Source of the DNA: Erythrobacter sp.
GTDB taxonomy: Bacteria > Pseudomonadota > Alphaproteobacteria > Sphingomonadales > Sphingomonadaceae
Length of the DNA stretch: 64,000 nucleotides
Direction: 5' to 3'
Assembly (NCBI RefSeq): GCF_038133525.1
Contig: NZ_JAYPTL010000006.1
Coordinates: 14,280 to 78,279 of the forward strand
The notes under the pieces were generated by a model that was given only the letters and a program-made list of their open reading frames with translations, did no database searches and had not been told where the DNA came from. The translations under genes were made by a program, and so were the position numbers. Of this stretch, positions 30,827-39,591 are shown in pieces (the stretch's first letter is position 1; each line of letters begins with the position of its first letter).

Positions 30827-32194
30827 GTGCATCTTCGCGCTAGCAGTCCTCTGACGGGTCGCCCGACCAACCGGCTTCGGCGGGCACTGCAATGGCCGTG
30901 GTTGTTGTTGGCGGATGTGGCCGTCCTGGCTGTGACCTGCATTGTGGTCAACCGGGTGATCGAAGGGCAATGGTTTTCGAGCAATGCAGTGATCATGAGC
31001 GCGACCGTAGCGCCAATCTATGCCCTGCTTGTCGCGCTAGATCGGCTCATCTTCAGGCGCCGTGCCTTTGAACCCGCAGGCCTGAACTCCCGGCTTCTCG
31101 CGGTAATGGTGGCAAGCGCATCGATATGCGCGATATTCTACCTCCGTGCGGGTCATCTTGTATCTTTTCCCGTCGAAGCAGCCTTGCTGGCGGCAATCGG
31201 CTACTTCGCGGCGATTTTTGTAGCCGGGAGCAGGTTGCGGAGGGCGACAGCCGGTCCGTTCGGATCGCTTGGCTGGTCGACACTCGTTGTAATGGATGGT
31301 GGGCCATCTTTCGATATTCCGAGCGTTCGCGTTTTCCATGCGCGTGACTTCGACGCAGAGGGAGCATGGGCCGACCCCGCGGCTCTTGGCCTTCTGGGCC
31401 AGCAAATGCTTGGCATCGACCGGGTGGTAGTCAGTTGTCCAACCGAGAAGCGAAGTGCGTGGAGCCAGCTTCTTCGTCACATCGGTGTTCGCGGCGAAAT
31501 CGTCTCGAACCTTGGCGACGATGCTGGGTCGAGCCCCACAGGATGGCATGGTGACCAGTCGTTTGAGGTGGTTTCCCACCATCCTCTCACCCTGGAATCG
31601 CAGTTCACCAAACGAACGATAGATCTCGTGGTGTCGGTGCTACTCCTGCTCCTCTTGAGCCCCCTGATGGCCATCGTCGCAGTGGCGATCAAGCTTGAGG
31701 ACGGGGGGCCCGTACTCTTCGTTCAGCGGAGGGTGGGCCAATACAATCGTGTCTTCGAGATGCTCAAGTTTCGGTCGATGGACCCTGCCAGGAGCGATCA
31801 GGACGGCGAGTATTCAACTTTGAGGAATGATGAGCGGCTGACGAGGGTCGGGAAGTTCATAAGGCGGACCTCGATCGATGAACTCCCTCAGTTGATCAAT
31901 GTCTTGCGCTCCGAGATGAGCCTGATCGGGCCACGCCCCCACGCGCTTGGATCGCGTGCTGCGGGGAGGTTTCTCTGGGAAGTGGATGATGCATATTGGC
32001 AGCGCCATTCGCTGAAGCCTGGATTGACTGGTTTGGCGCAGGTGCGTGGCTATCGAGGAGCGATCGAAACCGAGGACGATCTGGCCCTGCGACTGGGCGC
32101 AGATATCGAATATATCCGTGGTTGGTCGCTGATGAATGATTTCAGGATTTTACTGTCGACCGTGCGCGTCCTGACCCACACCAATGCGTATTGA
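30827..32194 (+). CDS. Priming (undecaprenyl-phosphate) sugar-1-phosphate transferase, WcaJ/HfsE-like
   Basis: N-terminal TMs; C-terminal Bac_transf: KRTIDL, LKFRSM, RTSIDELPQLINVL, GPRPHA, KPGLTGLAQVRGYRG; start codon uncertain. Confidence 0.88.
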   Translation: MHLRASSPLTGRPTNRLRRALQWPWLLLADVAVLAVTCIVVNRVIEGQWFSSNAVIMSATVAPIYALLVALDRLIFRRRAFEPAGLNSRLLAVMVASASICAIFYLRAGHLVSFPVEAALLAAIGYFAAIFVAGSRLRRATAGPFGSLGWSTLVVMDGGPSFDIPSVRVFHARDFDAEGAWADPAALGLLGQQMLGIDRVVVSCPTEKRSAWSQLLRHIGVRGEIVSNLGDDAGSSPTGWHGDQSFEVVSHHPLTLESQFTKRTIDLVVSVLLLLLLSPLMAIVAVAIKLEDGGPVLFVQRRVGQYNRVFEMLKFRSMDPARSDQDGEYSTLRNDERLTRVGKFIRRTSIDELPQLINVLRSEMSLIGPRPHALGSRAAGRFLWEVDDAYWQRHSLKPGLTGLAQVRGYRGAIETEDDLALRLGADIEYIRGWSLMNDFRILLSTVRVLTHTNAY

Positions 32195-32359
32195 GTGCGG
32201 TAGCGTACCAGTTGGTCTGAGTGGATGAAGTCATCGTGCCTGAACGCGCCGGTGAATGGCCTCATGTAAAGTGAGGCTGATTTCGATCCGAAATCAATCG
32301 ATTGCGGCCGCAATCGCGGATTGGAAAGCCGATCTAGCGATGGATGATCTGGGAAACGA

Positions 32360-32434
32360 TGGTGGGCGTACCAAGGTTCGAACTTGGGACCCCTGCGATG
32401 TCAACACAGTGCTCTACCACTGAGCTATACGCCC
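32360..32434 (-). tRNA. tRNA-Val (GAC)
   Basis: GGGCGTATAGCTCAGTGGTAGAGCACTGTGTTGACATCGCAGGGGTCCCAAGTTCGAACCTTGGTACGCCCACCA; cloverleaf, GTTCGAA T-loop, encoded CCA. Confidence 0.97.
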
Positions 32435-32523
32435 ACACTATCGATTGCAGCCTGTTCGGCAGACGGGCCCTCTAGCGGTCCGAATCCCATGGTGCAAGAG
32501 GCATTTTCAGCTTCTTCGGCACT

Positions 32524-32913
32524 CTACTGGCGGACGGAAATCCTGTCCTCCAGCACGCGTTCAACTTCCAGCGCGAGATCGCGAAGATGGAACGGTTTGG
32601 ACAAAACCTTGGCATGCGGTTGTTCGCGGTTTGCCTTGAGCGTCACAGCGGCGAAACCGGTAATAAACATGACCTTGGTGGTCGGTTGCAACTCGTTGCA
32701 CCGCTGTGCGAGCTCGATCCCGTCCATTTCCGGCATGACGATATCCGAAAGCAGCAGGTCGTAGGTCGTCTGTTCGAGGAGAGGGATTGCGGCTGTACCG
32801 CGATCAACCGAATCGACAGCATATCCGGCGTTCTCGAGCGCCCTAGAGATATAGGTGCGCATGGCCTCGTCATCCTCGGCGAGAAGTATCCGCGGTGCAT
32901 TGAAATGGCTCAT
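32524..32913 (-). CDS. cpdR: Single-domain response regulator CpdR
   Basis: ILLAEDD, LLLSDIVMPEMDGIELA, VMFITGFAAV, VLSKPFHL; next to tRNA-Val and N-formylglutamate amidohydrolase. Confidence 0.85.
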   Translation of the reverse strand: MSHFNAPRILLAEDDEAMRTYISRALENAGYAVDSVDRGTAAIPLLEQTTYDLLLSDIVMPEMDGIELAQRCNELQPTTKVMFITGFAAVTLKANREQPHAKVLSKPFHLRDLALEVERVLEDRISVRQ

Positions 32914-33023
32914 GTTTGGGCCTCTAGCACGTCTCGCTTAACAAGTCCTTGGTTAAGGCAACATCGTCGCGCATTGGCACAAGTACCTTTGACACCGCGA
33001 AGTTGGCGCGCCACGATTGGTAA

Positions 33024-33962
33024 ATGGATGAGCGTGATCTTGGCCGCGATGGGAGCAAGGCTTTCGAGCCGCAAGAACCCTGTTCGCAGCCATTCCACGC
33101 ATCCGCACTGGACGAATGTGCCAGTCCGATCGTGATCGCGGCCCCACACGGCGGTCGTCATTACGAAGCTGCCGTTCTCGCCGAAATGCGCGATCCTGAT
33201 GTGGCTCGCCTGCGTCTCGAGGATCGTTATGTGGACCTCCTGGCAGAGGCGGTCGCGGAGCAATGCGGTGCCGCAGTGGTGGTGGCGCGCGTCCCGCGGG
33301 CCGTAATCGATCTGAATCGGGCCCCTGACGACATCGATTGGAGCATGATCTCGGGATCTCGCCCAAAATCGGTGCGCCACTCGCTGTCCAATCGTCGGGC
33401 CCGAAGTGGTCTGGGGATCATTCCGCGTCGCGTGCCTGGACATGGAGAGGTCTGGCGCGGCCCGGTGTCCGTTGCCGAATTGGAACAGCGCGTGGCGACT
33501 GTGCATCGGCCCTATCACACGCATCTTTCCTCCGTGCTGGAGGCACTGCGTGATCGTTGGGGCGCGGCGCTGCTGATCGATCTCCATTCGATGCCGCCAT
33601 TACGCAAGCGGTTTGCCGATGAGATTCCCGCCGAATTCGTAATTGGTGACCGATTTGGTGCGTCGTGCGATCATCACCTGGTCGCAAATGCGCTCCAGCA
33701 TCTCGGCGATCGAGGGAAGGCGGTTGCTCACAATCGGCCGTATTCAGGGGGTTATGTGCTCGATCGCCATGGGTCGCCGGCCCGGGGTATCCATGCAATG
33801 CAGATCGAGGTCTGTCGTTCGAGTTACCTTTGCGCCAATCTTGAAGAGCCTAGCGCACGGTTCCAGTCGGTTGTGCGGCTCCTTGCCGGCCTGATGAGAG
33901 TCTTGGCGGACGAAGTCGCATTCATGGGGCGCGAACGGACGCTCCCGAACGCGGCAGAGTGA
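33024..33962 (+). CDS. N-formylglutamate amidohydrolase
   Basis: AAPHGGR, LEDRYVD, RAVIDLNR, GLGIIPR, HRPYH, LIDLHSMP, HNRPYSGGY, QIEV. Confidence 0.9.
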   Translation: MDERDLGRDGSKAFEPQEPCSQPFHASALDECASPIVIAAPHGGRHYEAAVLAEMRDPDVARLRLEDRYVDLLAEAVAEQCGAAVVVARVPRAVIDLNRAPDDIDWSMISGSRPKSVRHSLSNRRARSGLGIIPRRVPGHGEVWRGPVSVAELEQRVATVHRPYHTHLSSVLEALRDRWGAALLIDLHSMPPLRKRFADEIPAEFVIGDRFGASCDHHLVANALQHLGDRGKAVAHNRPYSGGYVLDRHGSPARGIHAMQIEVCRSSYLCANLEEPSARFQSVVRLLAGLMRVLADEVAFMGRERTLPNAAE

Positions 33963-33972
33963 GGTTTCTCAG

Positions 33973-34078
33973 AAAAAACCACCTCGTGCAAAGTCGCACG
34001 AGGTGGCCAAGGTTCAGGGAGGTGGACGCGCTCACGCGCATCCATCGAACGGGCCATGAGGGAAGCACCGCTCGATGT
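33973..34078 (-). ncRNA. Small RNA, probably MmgR/suhB (alpha-r8) family
   Basis: CCUCCCUGAACCUUGG core followed by terminator CCACCUCGUGC-GACUUU-GCACGAGGUGG-UUUUUU; convergent with N-formylglutamate amidohydrolase, the synteny I recall for mmgR; two 5' hairpins; promoter motif at 34084-34112. Confidence 0.72.
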
Positions 34079-34151
34079 CTGTGAGATGGGCACTCGGCGG
34101 GAGTTGTTCAAGATGGGGGCGAGTAGTCGCTCTTCGGGCCCACCCCGGTGC

Positions 34152-34976
34152 CTAGCATGCCTTAGCCCCCGGACTGTTCGGAGCTGCGATCAGAACGACC
34201 CCGCTGCCGGAGATGCTTGCAATTGCGAGGTCTTCGACGAAGGCGCAATCGCCTCTGTCGAAGGGTTCGCCACCGATTGAAATCGACCCTGAAAAGGGAA
34301 TCACAAGCCCTGATCCCGTGTACGCGCAACGATCCGGTCGATCGGGGACGATGTGAAGGTAGGATAGGCGAAAATGGGGGCCATTTACCAGTTCACCTGC
34401 TTCGGCATCCATTTGGCTGCGCAGGGTTGCCGGATACGGACCGGGATCGGCCACGGCGATGGCTTGATCGAGGTGCAACTCGCGCGGACGACCGTAGTCG
34501 TAGAGGCGAAATGTAGAGTCGCTGTTCTGTTGCACCTCAATCAGGCTGACGCCGCCGCCTATCGCATGAACGGTTCCTGCAGGGATGTAGAAAGCGTCGC
34601 CGCGGCGCACTTCATGCCAGACCAGATCGTCGACAATCGATCCGTCGAGGGCTGCTTCACGCAATTGCGAAGCATCGAGACGCCGCTTAAAGCCGACTGC
34701 GATTGTCGCGCCAGGGTCGGCATCGACGATCACCCAGCATTCGCTCTTCCCGTTCACTCCTACGCCCATTTCGTGGGCCTGGGTGTCATTTGGATGCACC
34801 TGCACTGAGAGCCGCTCGCTGGTGAAGATAAATTTGACCAGCAGCTCTTGCAGTTCCGGGGGAGGGGTGAACCAGACTTCACCCACCGGTTCGTCAGATG
34901 AGTGGCAAAACTCCTTGGGAATTTTGTCTACGCCCCATGGCTTCTCCACAAAGGTACGGGGGAGCTTGCGCATCAT
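34152..34976 (-). CDS. Class I mannose-6-phosphate isomerase (cupin)
   Basis: VEKPWG, GEVW, LSVQVHPND, GKSECW, IPAGTVHAIG, EVQQNSDSTFRLYDYGR; ATGA-coupled to manC. Confidence 0.9.
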   Translation of the reverse strand: MMRKLPRTFVEKPWGVDKIPKEFCHSSDEPVGEVWFTPPPELQELLVKFIFTSERLSVQVHPNDTQAHEMGVGVNGKSECWVIVDADPGATIAVGFKRRLDASQLREAALDGSIVDDLVWHEVRRGDAFYIPAGTVHAIGGGVSLIEVQQNSDSTFRLYDYGRPRELHLDQAIAVADPGPYPATLRSQMDAEAGELVNGPHFRLSYLHIVPDRPDRCAYTGSGLVIPFSGSISIGGEPFDRGDCAFVEDLAIASISGSGVVLIAAPNSPGAKAC

Positions 34977-36010
34977 TGTGAACGGCACCGGCTGGCCTTG
35001 CCCACTTGTTGCACTGCATCGCGTGCGGTCACTAAGATGTCTTCGCCATCCACTACGACGACGATATTATCCGCCCCGATCACGGTCACATGGGGGCCAT
35101 CGCTGTCGATCATGGTCCCGGTGGCGTCTATGATTTCTCCCGGACCATAAATCACATTCCCTACCGCGTCCGCCTTGCGTTGTTGCATTAGCGCATCCCA
35201 GTTGCCGATGTCGGACCAACCCATGCTTGCATCTACCATGGCGGCGTGAGCGGTGTTCTCCATTACGGCATAGTCGACCGACTCACCCTTGATAGCAGCG
35301 AAGCAATCTGGGTTAGGGCGAATGCATTCTCCATCGCGCTGGGCCTCATACCACGCCGATCGGACTGCTGCAGCCATTTCGGGCCGATGAATTTCGAGTT
35401 CAGAGAGAAAGGTGCCGGCTCGATACGCAAAGATGCCGCCGTTCCAGGCGTAATTTCCGTCCGCGAGGAAGCTCAATGCCGTTGCAAGATCGGGCTTCTC
35501 GACAAAGCTGTGGACGCGATAGCCGGAACCGAGGGGCTCGCCCCTGCGGATATAGCCGTATCCGGTTTCTGGCGCTGTGGCCGCAATCCCGAAAGAGACA
35601 AGCCACTCGTCTCGGGCGAGGTCCGCCGCTGCGATCGCCGCTGAGCGAAACGCTTCCACATCGAGGATATGATGATCGCTCGGGCAGACTAGCAAGATGT
35701 CGTCAGGCTCCGCTGTCAAAGCCGCGAGCGCGATTGCCGGGGCTGTGTTGCGCCCGATCGGTTCGACGATGAACCGTGCATTTGGTGAAATTGAGGCCGC
35801 CTGCGGTTGGGCGAATTCCAAATGCTTCTCACCCACTATGATGATTGGGGCTGCGAAAATTTCCGGCTGGGCGCAGCGTTGGAGCGTGGCCTGGTAGAGA
35901 GTCATCTCGCCAATCAGCGGAATATACGGCTTCGGCCGCTGTACCCGGCTGCGTGGCCATAGGCGTGTTCCGCTGCCGCCGCACAGGACCACCGGGACGA
36001 TATTCGGCAT
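34973..36010 (-). CDS. manC: Mannose-1-phosphate guanylyltransferase (GMP domain only)
   Basis: VVLCGGSGTRLWPRSR, IVEPIGRNTAPA, PSDHHI, ETGYGYI, FVEKP, WSDIGNW. Confidence 0.9.
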   Translation of the reverse strand: MPNIVPVVLCGGSGTRLWPRSRVQRPKPYIPLIGEMTLYQATLQRCAQPEIFAAPIIIVGEKHLEFAQPQAASISPNARFIVEPIGRNTAPAIALAALTAEPDDILLVCPSDHHILDVEAFRSAAIAAADLARDEWLVSFGIAATAPETGYGYIRRGEPLGSGYRVHSFVEKPDLATALSFLADGNYAWNGGIFAYRAGTFLSELEIHRPEMAAAVRSAWYEAQRDGECIRPNPDCFAAIKGESVDYAVMENTAHAAMVDASMGWSDIGNWDALMQQRKADAVGNVIYGPGEIIDATGTMIDSDGPHVTVIGADNIVVVVDGEDILVTARDAVQQVGKASRCRSQ

Positions 36011-36112
36011 TCAAATCTCCGCAAGACCGGGATGCATAGCTTTTGGCACAAGGATAGTAGGCTCGATACTCTGCAAGGCACAACCACCATGCCTTCCAAG
36101 CGGCTCCTTTGC

Positions 36113-37111
36113 TCAACTGGGATCTGCGATTTCGACCTCGAGCATCCGTTTGAAGCGCTTACCCCAATCGGCGTTAACATCCTCAGCGATCGCTAGTGCC
36201 ACCTCTGGAAGTTCTGCCTCGATGAATTCGACCCGCTTGTCCCATCCGTCATGCGAACGTTTGCGGACTAGGCCACCTCCGTATCCGGGCCCCAAGGTTT
36301 GTATGAAAAGCACCGCTGTCCGCGGATCGTAGCCGGCATTGGCGAGCAACCATGGCATCAAACGGTCGGCGTCGCGCACAGAGAGACGAACTAGGCGACC
36401 CTTGCGTCCATGCTGGTCGAGCGTTTTCTGGTGATTGAGGAGATTGTGGGCAAGTTCATGCGCGACGGCCGCGGCAAACTCATCTTCAGGAAAGGCGAAC
36501 CCCGGAAAGTCGGCATCGATCTGCACCCGATTTCCGTCTGCGGCGACACCTTTGCCTGAATCGAGCAATTCGAAGTTCGAAGCACAGTAGTGTGTCGCCA
36601 AAATGTCTGCGCTCAGGCGTTCACCCTCAGGGTTGCTCCACACGATTAAGACGGGGCCTCGACCCAATGCTGTCTGAAGTAAATCGTGCAGCCTTTGTGT
36701 GCGGCGCCAGCACGGCTTGCTCGGTGGATAATTTGCAGCAATCTCTATGCCGTCCATGGCAATGAGGATGTCATCGCGCTTCATCCCTGCGGCAGCGGCA
36801 GGTGAGTCAGCGGCAACGGTTTGGATGCCGATATCTCCGGTCAGCCCAAATGTCTGCCGGACCGATTTCGGGTCATCACAGGCGCTCGCATCATGAAGTA
36901 GGAACCCTGACGCCGCATCGTTTCTTTCGCAGAACGGGGCGTTTGTTGTCGCGAGCCTGTATCCAACGCGAAAGAGCTGCTCTTCACGCTCTTTGAATAT
37001 CTTTAAAGGTGATGGATCTTGGTCCCCGGCTGCATGACCGGGTGTGTGCCCCATCGCCAACGCGGCAACGAGCGCGAGAAGGAAGGGCGTGCGCAGTTTT
37101 TTACAGCGCAC
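36113..37111 (-). CDS. Secreted PDZ-domain protein with M48-like peptidase domain
   Basis: GTG 37111 with AGAAGGAAGG RBS; signal peptide; PDZ (VAADSPAAAAGMKRDD); HELAHN; LANAGYDP. Confidence 0.72.
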   Translation of the reverse strand: MRCKKLRTPFLLALVAALAMGHTPGHAAGDQDPSPLKIFKEREEQLFRVGYRLATTNAPFCERNDAASGFLLHDASACDDPKSVRQTFGLTGDIGIQTVAADSPAAAAGMKRDDILIAMDGIEIAANYPPSKPCWRRTQRLHDLLQTALGRGPVLIVWSNPEGERLSADILATHYCASNFELLDSGKGVAADGNRVQIDADFPGFAFPEDEFAAAVAHELAHNLLNHQKTLDQHGRKGRLVRLSVRDADRLMPWLLANAGYDPRTAVLFIQTLGPGYGGGLVRKRSHDGWDKRVEFIEAELPEVALAIAEDVNADWGKRFKRMLEVEIADPS

Positions 37112-37130
37112 GCCCTTCCTTCTCCGACGC

Positions 37131-37919
37131 TTAGACAGTCGGTACAGTCGCCGCAGCCGCATTCTGGAGCGGCGCCGTTCCCTGCTGCACCTGGCGACCG
37201 AAAATGATGCGCATCTGTTCGAGCGAGAAGATGTGCGCATAGATCAGCTGCAGGAGGCCGTTTTCATTCCATTTGCGCAGCTGGTCGCCACGCATTTCCT
37301 TCAGCTTGTCCATGTTGACCATGCGGAAGCCGCGATAGATGAAGGGGTTGGCTTCACCAGGAAGCTGGATGGCAACTTCACCGTCCATCAAAAGATCGTG
37401 CTGCTTGAGTTCGTCCATGAAGGCCTGAGTGCGCTGACCGGCCTGTTCGAAGCTCTCGCAGAACTCGAGAATGTTCTTGGTCGCCTGCGAAGGCTCCTTG
37501 TCTTCGAAGAGGGCATCGCCTTCCGCAAATTCACCGATGGAATCCGCAGTGGGATCGAAGCATAGCGAAAGCTCATCGGCGCCGGGGCGCAGGCGTGCGA
37601 GCATGAAGGGATAGCGGCGAATGTAGGCCGGCAGGTAGACCGGTTCATTTATCTTGCCATCCGCATCGACGAAGGTGTTGACGCCTTCGTTGAGAGCCAT
37701 GAGGGCAATCGGCAGCGGGCTTTCACCTGCGGTGAACACGATCGGCAACTGGCGCTGCGCCTGGATGAATTCATCCACAGTGACCGGAACGGCGTGCTGC
37801 TTCGACAGCCAGGGAGCAACGTCGATCGCACGCGTACGATAGTTCGCATGATCATTGCTGTTGAGCGGCATCAGGTCGTTGTAAAACAGGGGCAGGTTCG
37901 GCTGCGGCGCGCTGGCCAT
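37131..37919 (-). CDS. SapC family protein
   Basis: PLFYNDLMPL, VPVTVDEF, YLPAYIRRYPF, GFRMVN, IYAHIFSL. Confidence 0.85.
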   Translation of the reverse strand: MASAPQPNLPLFYNDLMPLNSNDHANYRTRAIDVAPWLSKQHAVPVTVDEFIQAQRQLPIVFTAGESPLPIALMALNEGVNTFVDADGKINEPVYLPAYIRRYPFMLARLRPGADELSLCFDPTADSIGEFAEGDALFEDKEPSQATKNILEFCESFEQAGQRTQAFMDELKQHDLLMDGEVAIQLPGEANPFIYRGFRMVNMDKLKEMRGDQLRKWNENGLLQLIYAHIFSLEQMRIIFGRQVQQGTAPLQNAAAATVPTV

Positions 37920-37985
37920 GGAAACTCTCCGAGAACCTAGGATTGTACGGCGTACGCATGGCACGCGCGCGTGAAGTTCGGCGCT

Positions 37986-39434
37986 TTAAGGAGTTGTGTC
38001 CTCTTGCGCAAGCGGCACCAGCTTGCCCGGATTGAGCAGGCCTTGCGGGTCCATTGCCTGCTTGATGCTGCGCATCAGCGCCAGCGCGACAGGATCGCCC
38101 AACCGACCCAATTCGTCGCGCTTCATCTGTCCGATTCCGTGCTCTGCGCTGATCGATCCCCCAAATGCGGTAACCTGATCGTGAACATAGGCGCTGATCG
38201 CCTTGCCTTCGCACGCTTCCCATTCGCCGCGAACTGCCCCGCTTGGCGCGAGGACGTGAAAATGGATGTTTCCATCGCCCAGATGTCCGAACCCGATCGC
38301 GGTGGTACCGGGAAACTGCTGTTCGATGTCCGGCGCCACTTCTTCGACGAAACGAGCCATCTTGGCTACCGGAACGGAAATATCGTGCTGCATGGCAGGA
38401 CCGATGGCGCGTTCCGCCGGAGCGATGGTGTCGCGCAGCTGCCAAAAGGCCTCCGCCTGCGTTTCATTTGCCGCGATCACTGCGTCTTCAAGCAAGTCCT
38501 CTTCGAAGGCCGAAGCAAGCATGCTCTCTGCTATCGCGGCTAGATGTTCGACTCCGCCTGCGGGTGCCGCCAGTTCAACCAAGGCATGCCACGCGTGTTC
38601 GCCTGAGAGTGGTGACCTCGCATCGGGCAAGTGGGTGAGGACTGAACTCAGGCAATGCGCGGGGAGCACCTCGAATCCTTCCAGGCTGTCGCCGGCGGCC
38701 TTCTCGCAATGCAGCAGCAACTGGCGCGCAGCTGCGATCGAAGGCAGGCCGGCCCAGGCTACGATCCGCCCACCGATTTCCGGCAGCAGCTTCAGTGTCG
38801 CGGCAGTCACGATTCCAAGGGTGCCTTCCGACCCGATCAGTAACTGCTTGAGGTCGAAGCCCCGGTTGTCCTTCTTGAGCGGGGTTAGGGTGTCGAGCAC
38901 GGTTCCGTCCGCCAGTACTGCCTCAAGGCCCAAAACCTGGGCGCGCATGGTCCCATGGCGCAGCACTTGCGTTCCGCCGGCATTGGTCGAGATCAGTCCA
39001 CCCACTGTCGCAGAGCCTTTGCCGCCAAGCGTCAGGGGAAACCGCAAACGATGCTTCTCAGCCTCTTCATGGAGGTGTTGGAGCACCACCCCGGCTTCAC
39101 AGGTTACCTGTCTCGCAACCGGATCCAATTCCCGGATTGCATTCATCCGTCGCAAGGAGAGGATGATTGCGGTGCCGCTCGCGTCGGGCGTTGCACCGCC
39201 GGACATGCCACTGTTCCCACCCTGGGGGACGATCGGTACATCATGGGCGGCGCAAAGGCGGATCAGGGCGGATACTTCCGAAGTGGAAGCGGGGGAGGCC
39301 AATCCCAATGCGCGCCCGGAAAACCTCCCGCGCCAATCGGTGAGCCAAGGATCGACCAGTTCGGGATCATTGGTGAACCCCCGCGGACCGAGCAGGGCGC
39401 CTATGGCTTCGACGAAGTCTGTTGAACTGGGCAT
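37986..39434 (-). CDS. FAD-binding oxidoreductase (D-2-hydroxyacid dehydrogenase/GlcD-like)
   Basis: VPQGGNSGMSGGA, GGLISTNAGG, GSEGTLGIVT, HDISVP, GHLGDGNIH, SISAEHGIG, LNPGK. Confidence 0.9.
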   Translation of the reverse strand: MPSSTDFVEAIGALLGPRGFTNDPELVDPWLTDWRGRFSGRALGLASPASTSEVSALIRLCAAHDVPIVPQGGNSGMSGGATPDASGTAIILSLRRMNAIRELDPVARQVTCEAGVVLQHLHEEAEKHRLRFPLTLGGKGSATVGGLISTNAGGTQVLRHGTMRAQVLGLEAVLADGTVLDTLTPLKKDNRGFDLKQLLIGSEGTLGIVTAATLKLLPEIGGRIVAWAGLPSIAAARQLLLHCEKAAGDSLEGFEVLPAHCLSSVLTHLPDARSPLSGEHAWHALVELAAPAGGVEHLAAIAESMLASAFEEDLLEDAVIAANETQAEAFWQLRDTIAPAERAIGPAMQHDISVPVAKMARFVEEVAPDIEQQFPGTTAIGFGHLGDGNIHFHVLAPSGAVRGEWEACEGKAISAYVHDQVTAFGGSISAEHGIGQMKRDELGRLGDPVALALMRSIKQAMDPQGLLNPGKLVPLAQEDTTP

Positions 39435-39591
39435 GGCTTCCCTTTGGCACATCACCACGGGGCAGCGCCACACCTTGCCTTCGGTCGCCGATCAATTAAG
39501 CCGATATTCAAGCAATAGCAGGCAGGTGCACCCTGGATCGTGGGTTGCGCCACGCAGATTCGATGCATCAGGGGAGCAGCAGCTCGCGTCA

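Noticed and set aside
30570-32434. tRNA-Val-anchored genomic island with att repeats
   Set aside because: No duplicate of the tRNA 3' end found by eye on the far side of the GT gene, and no integrase
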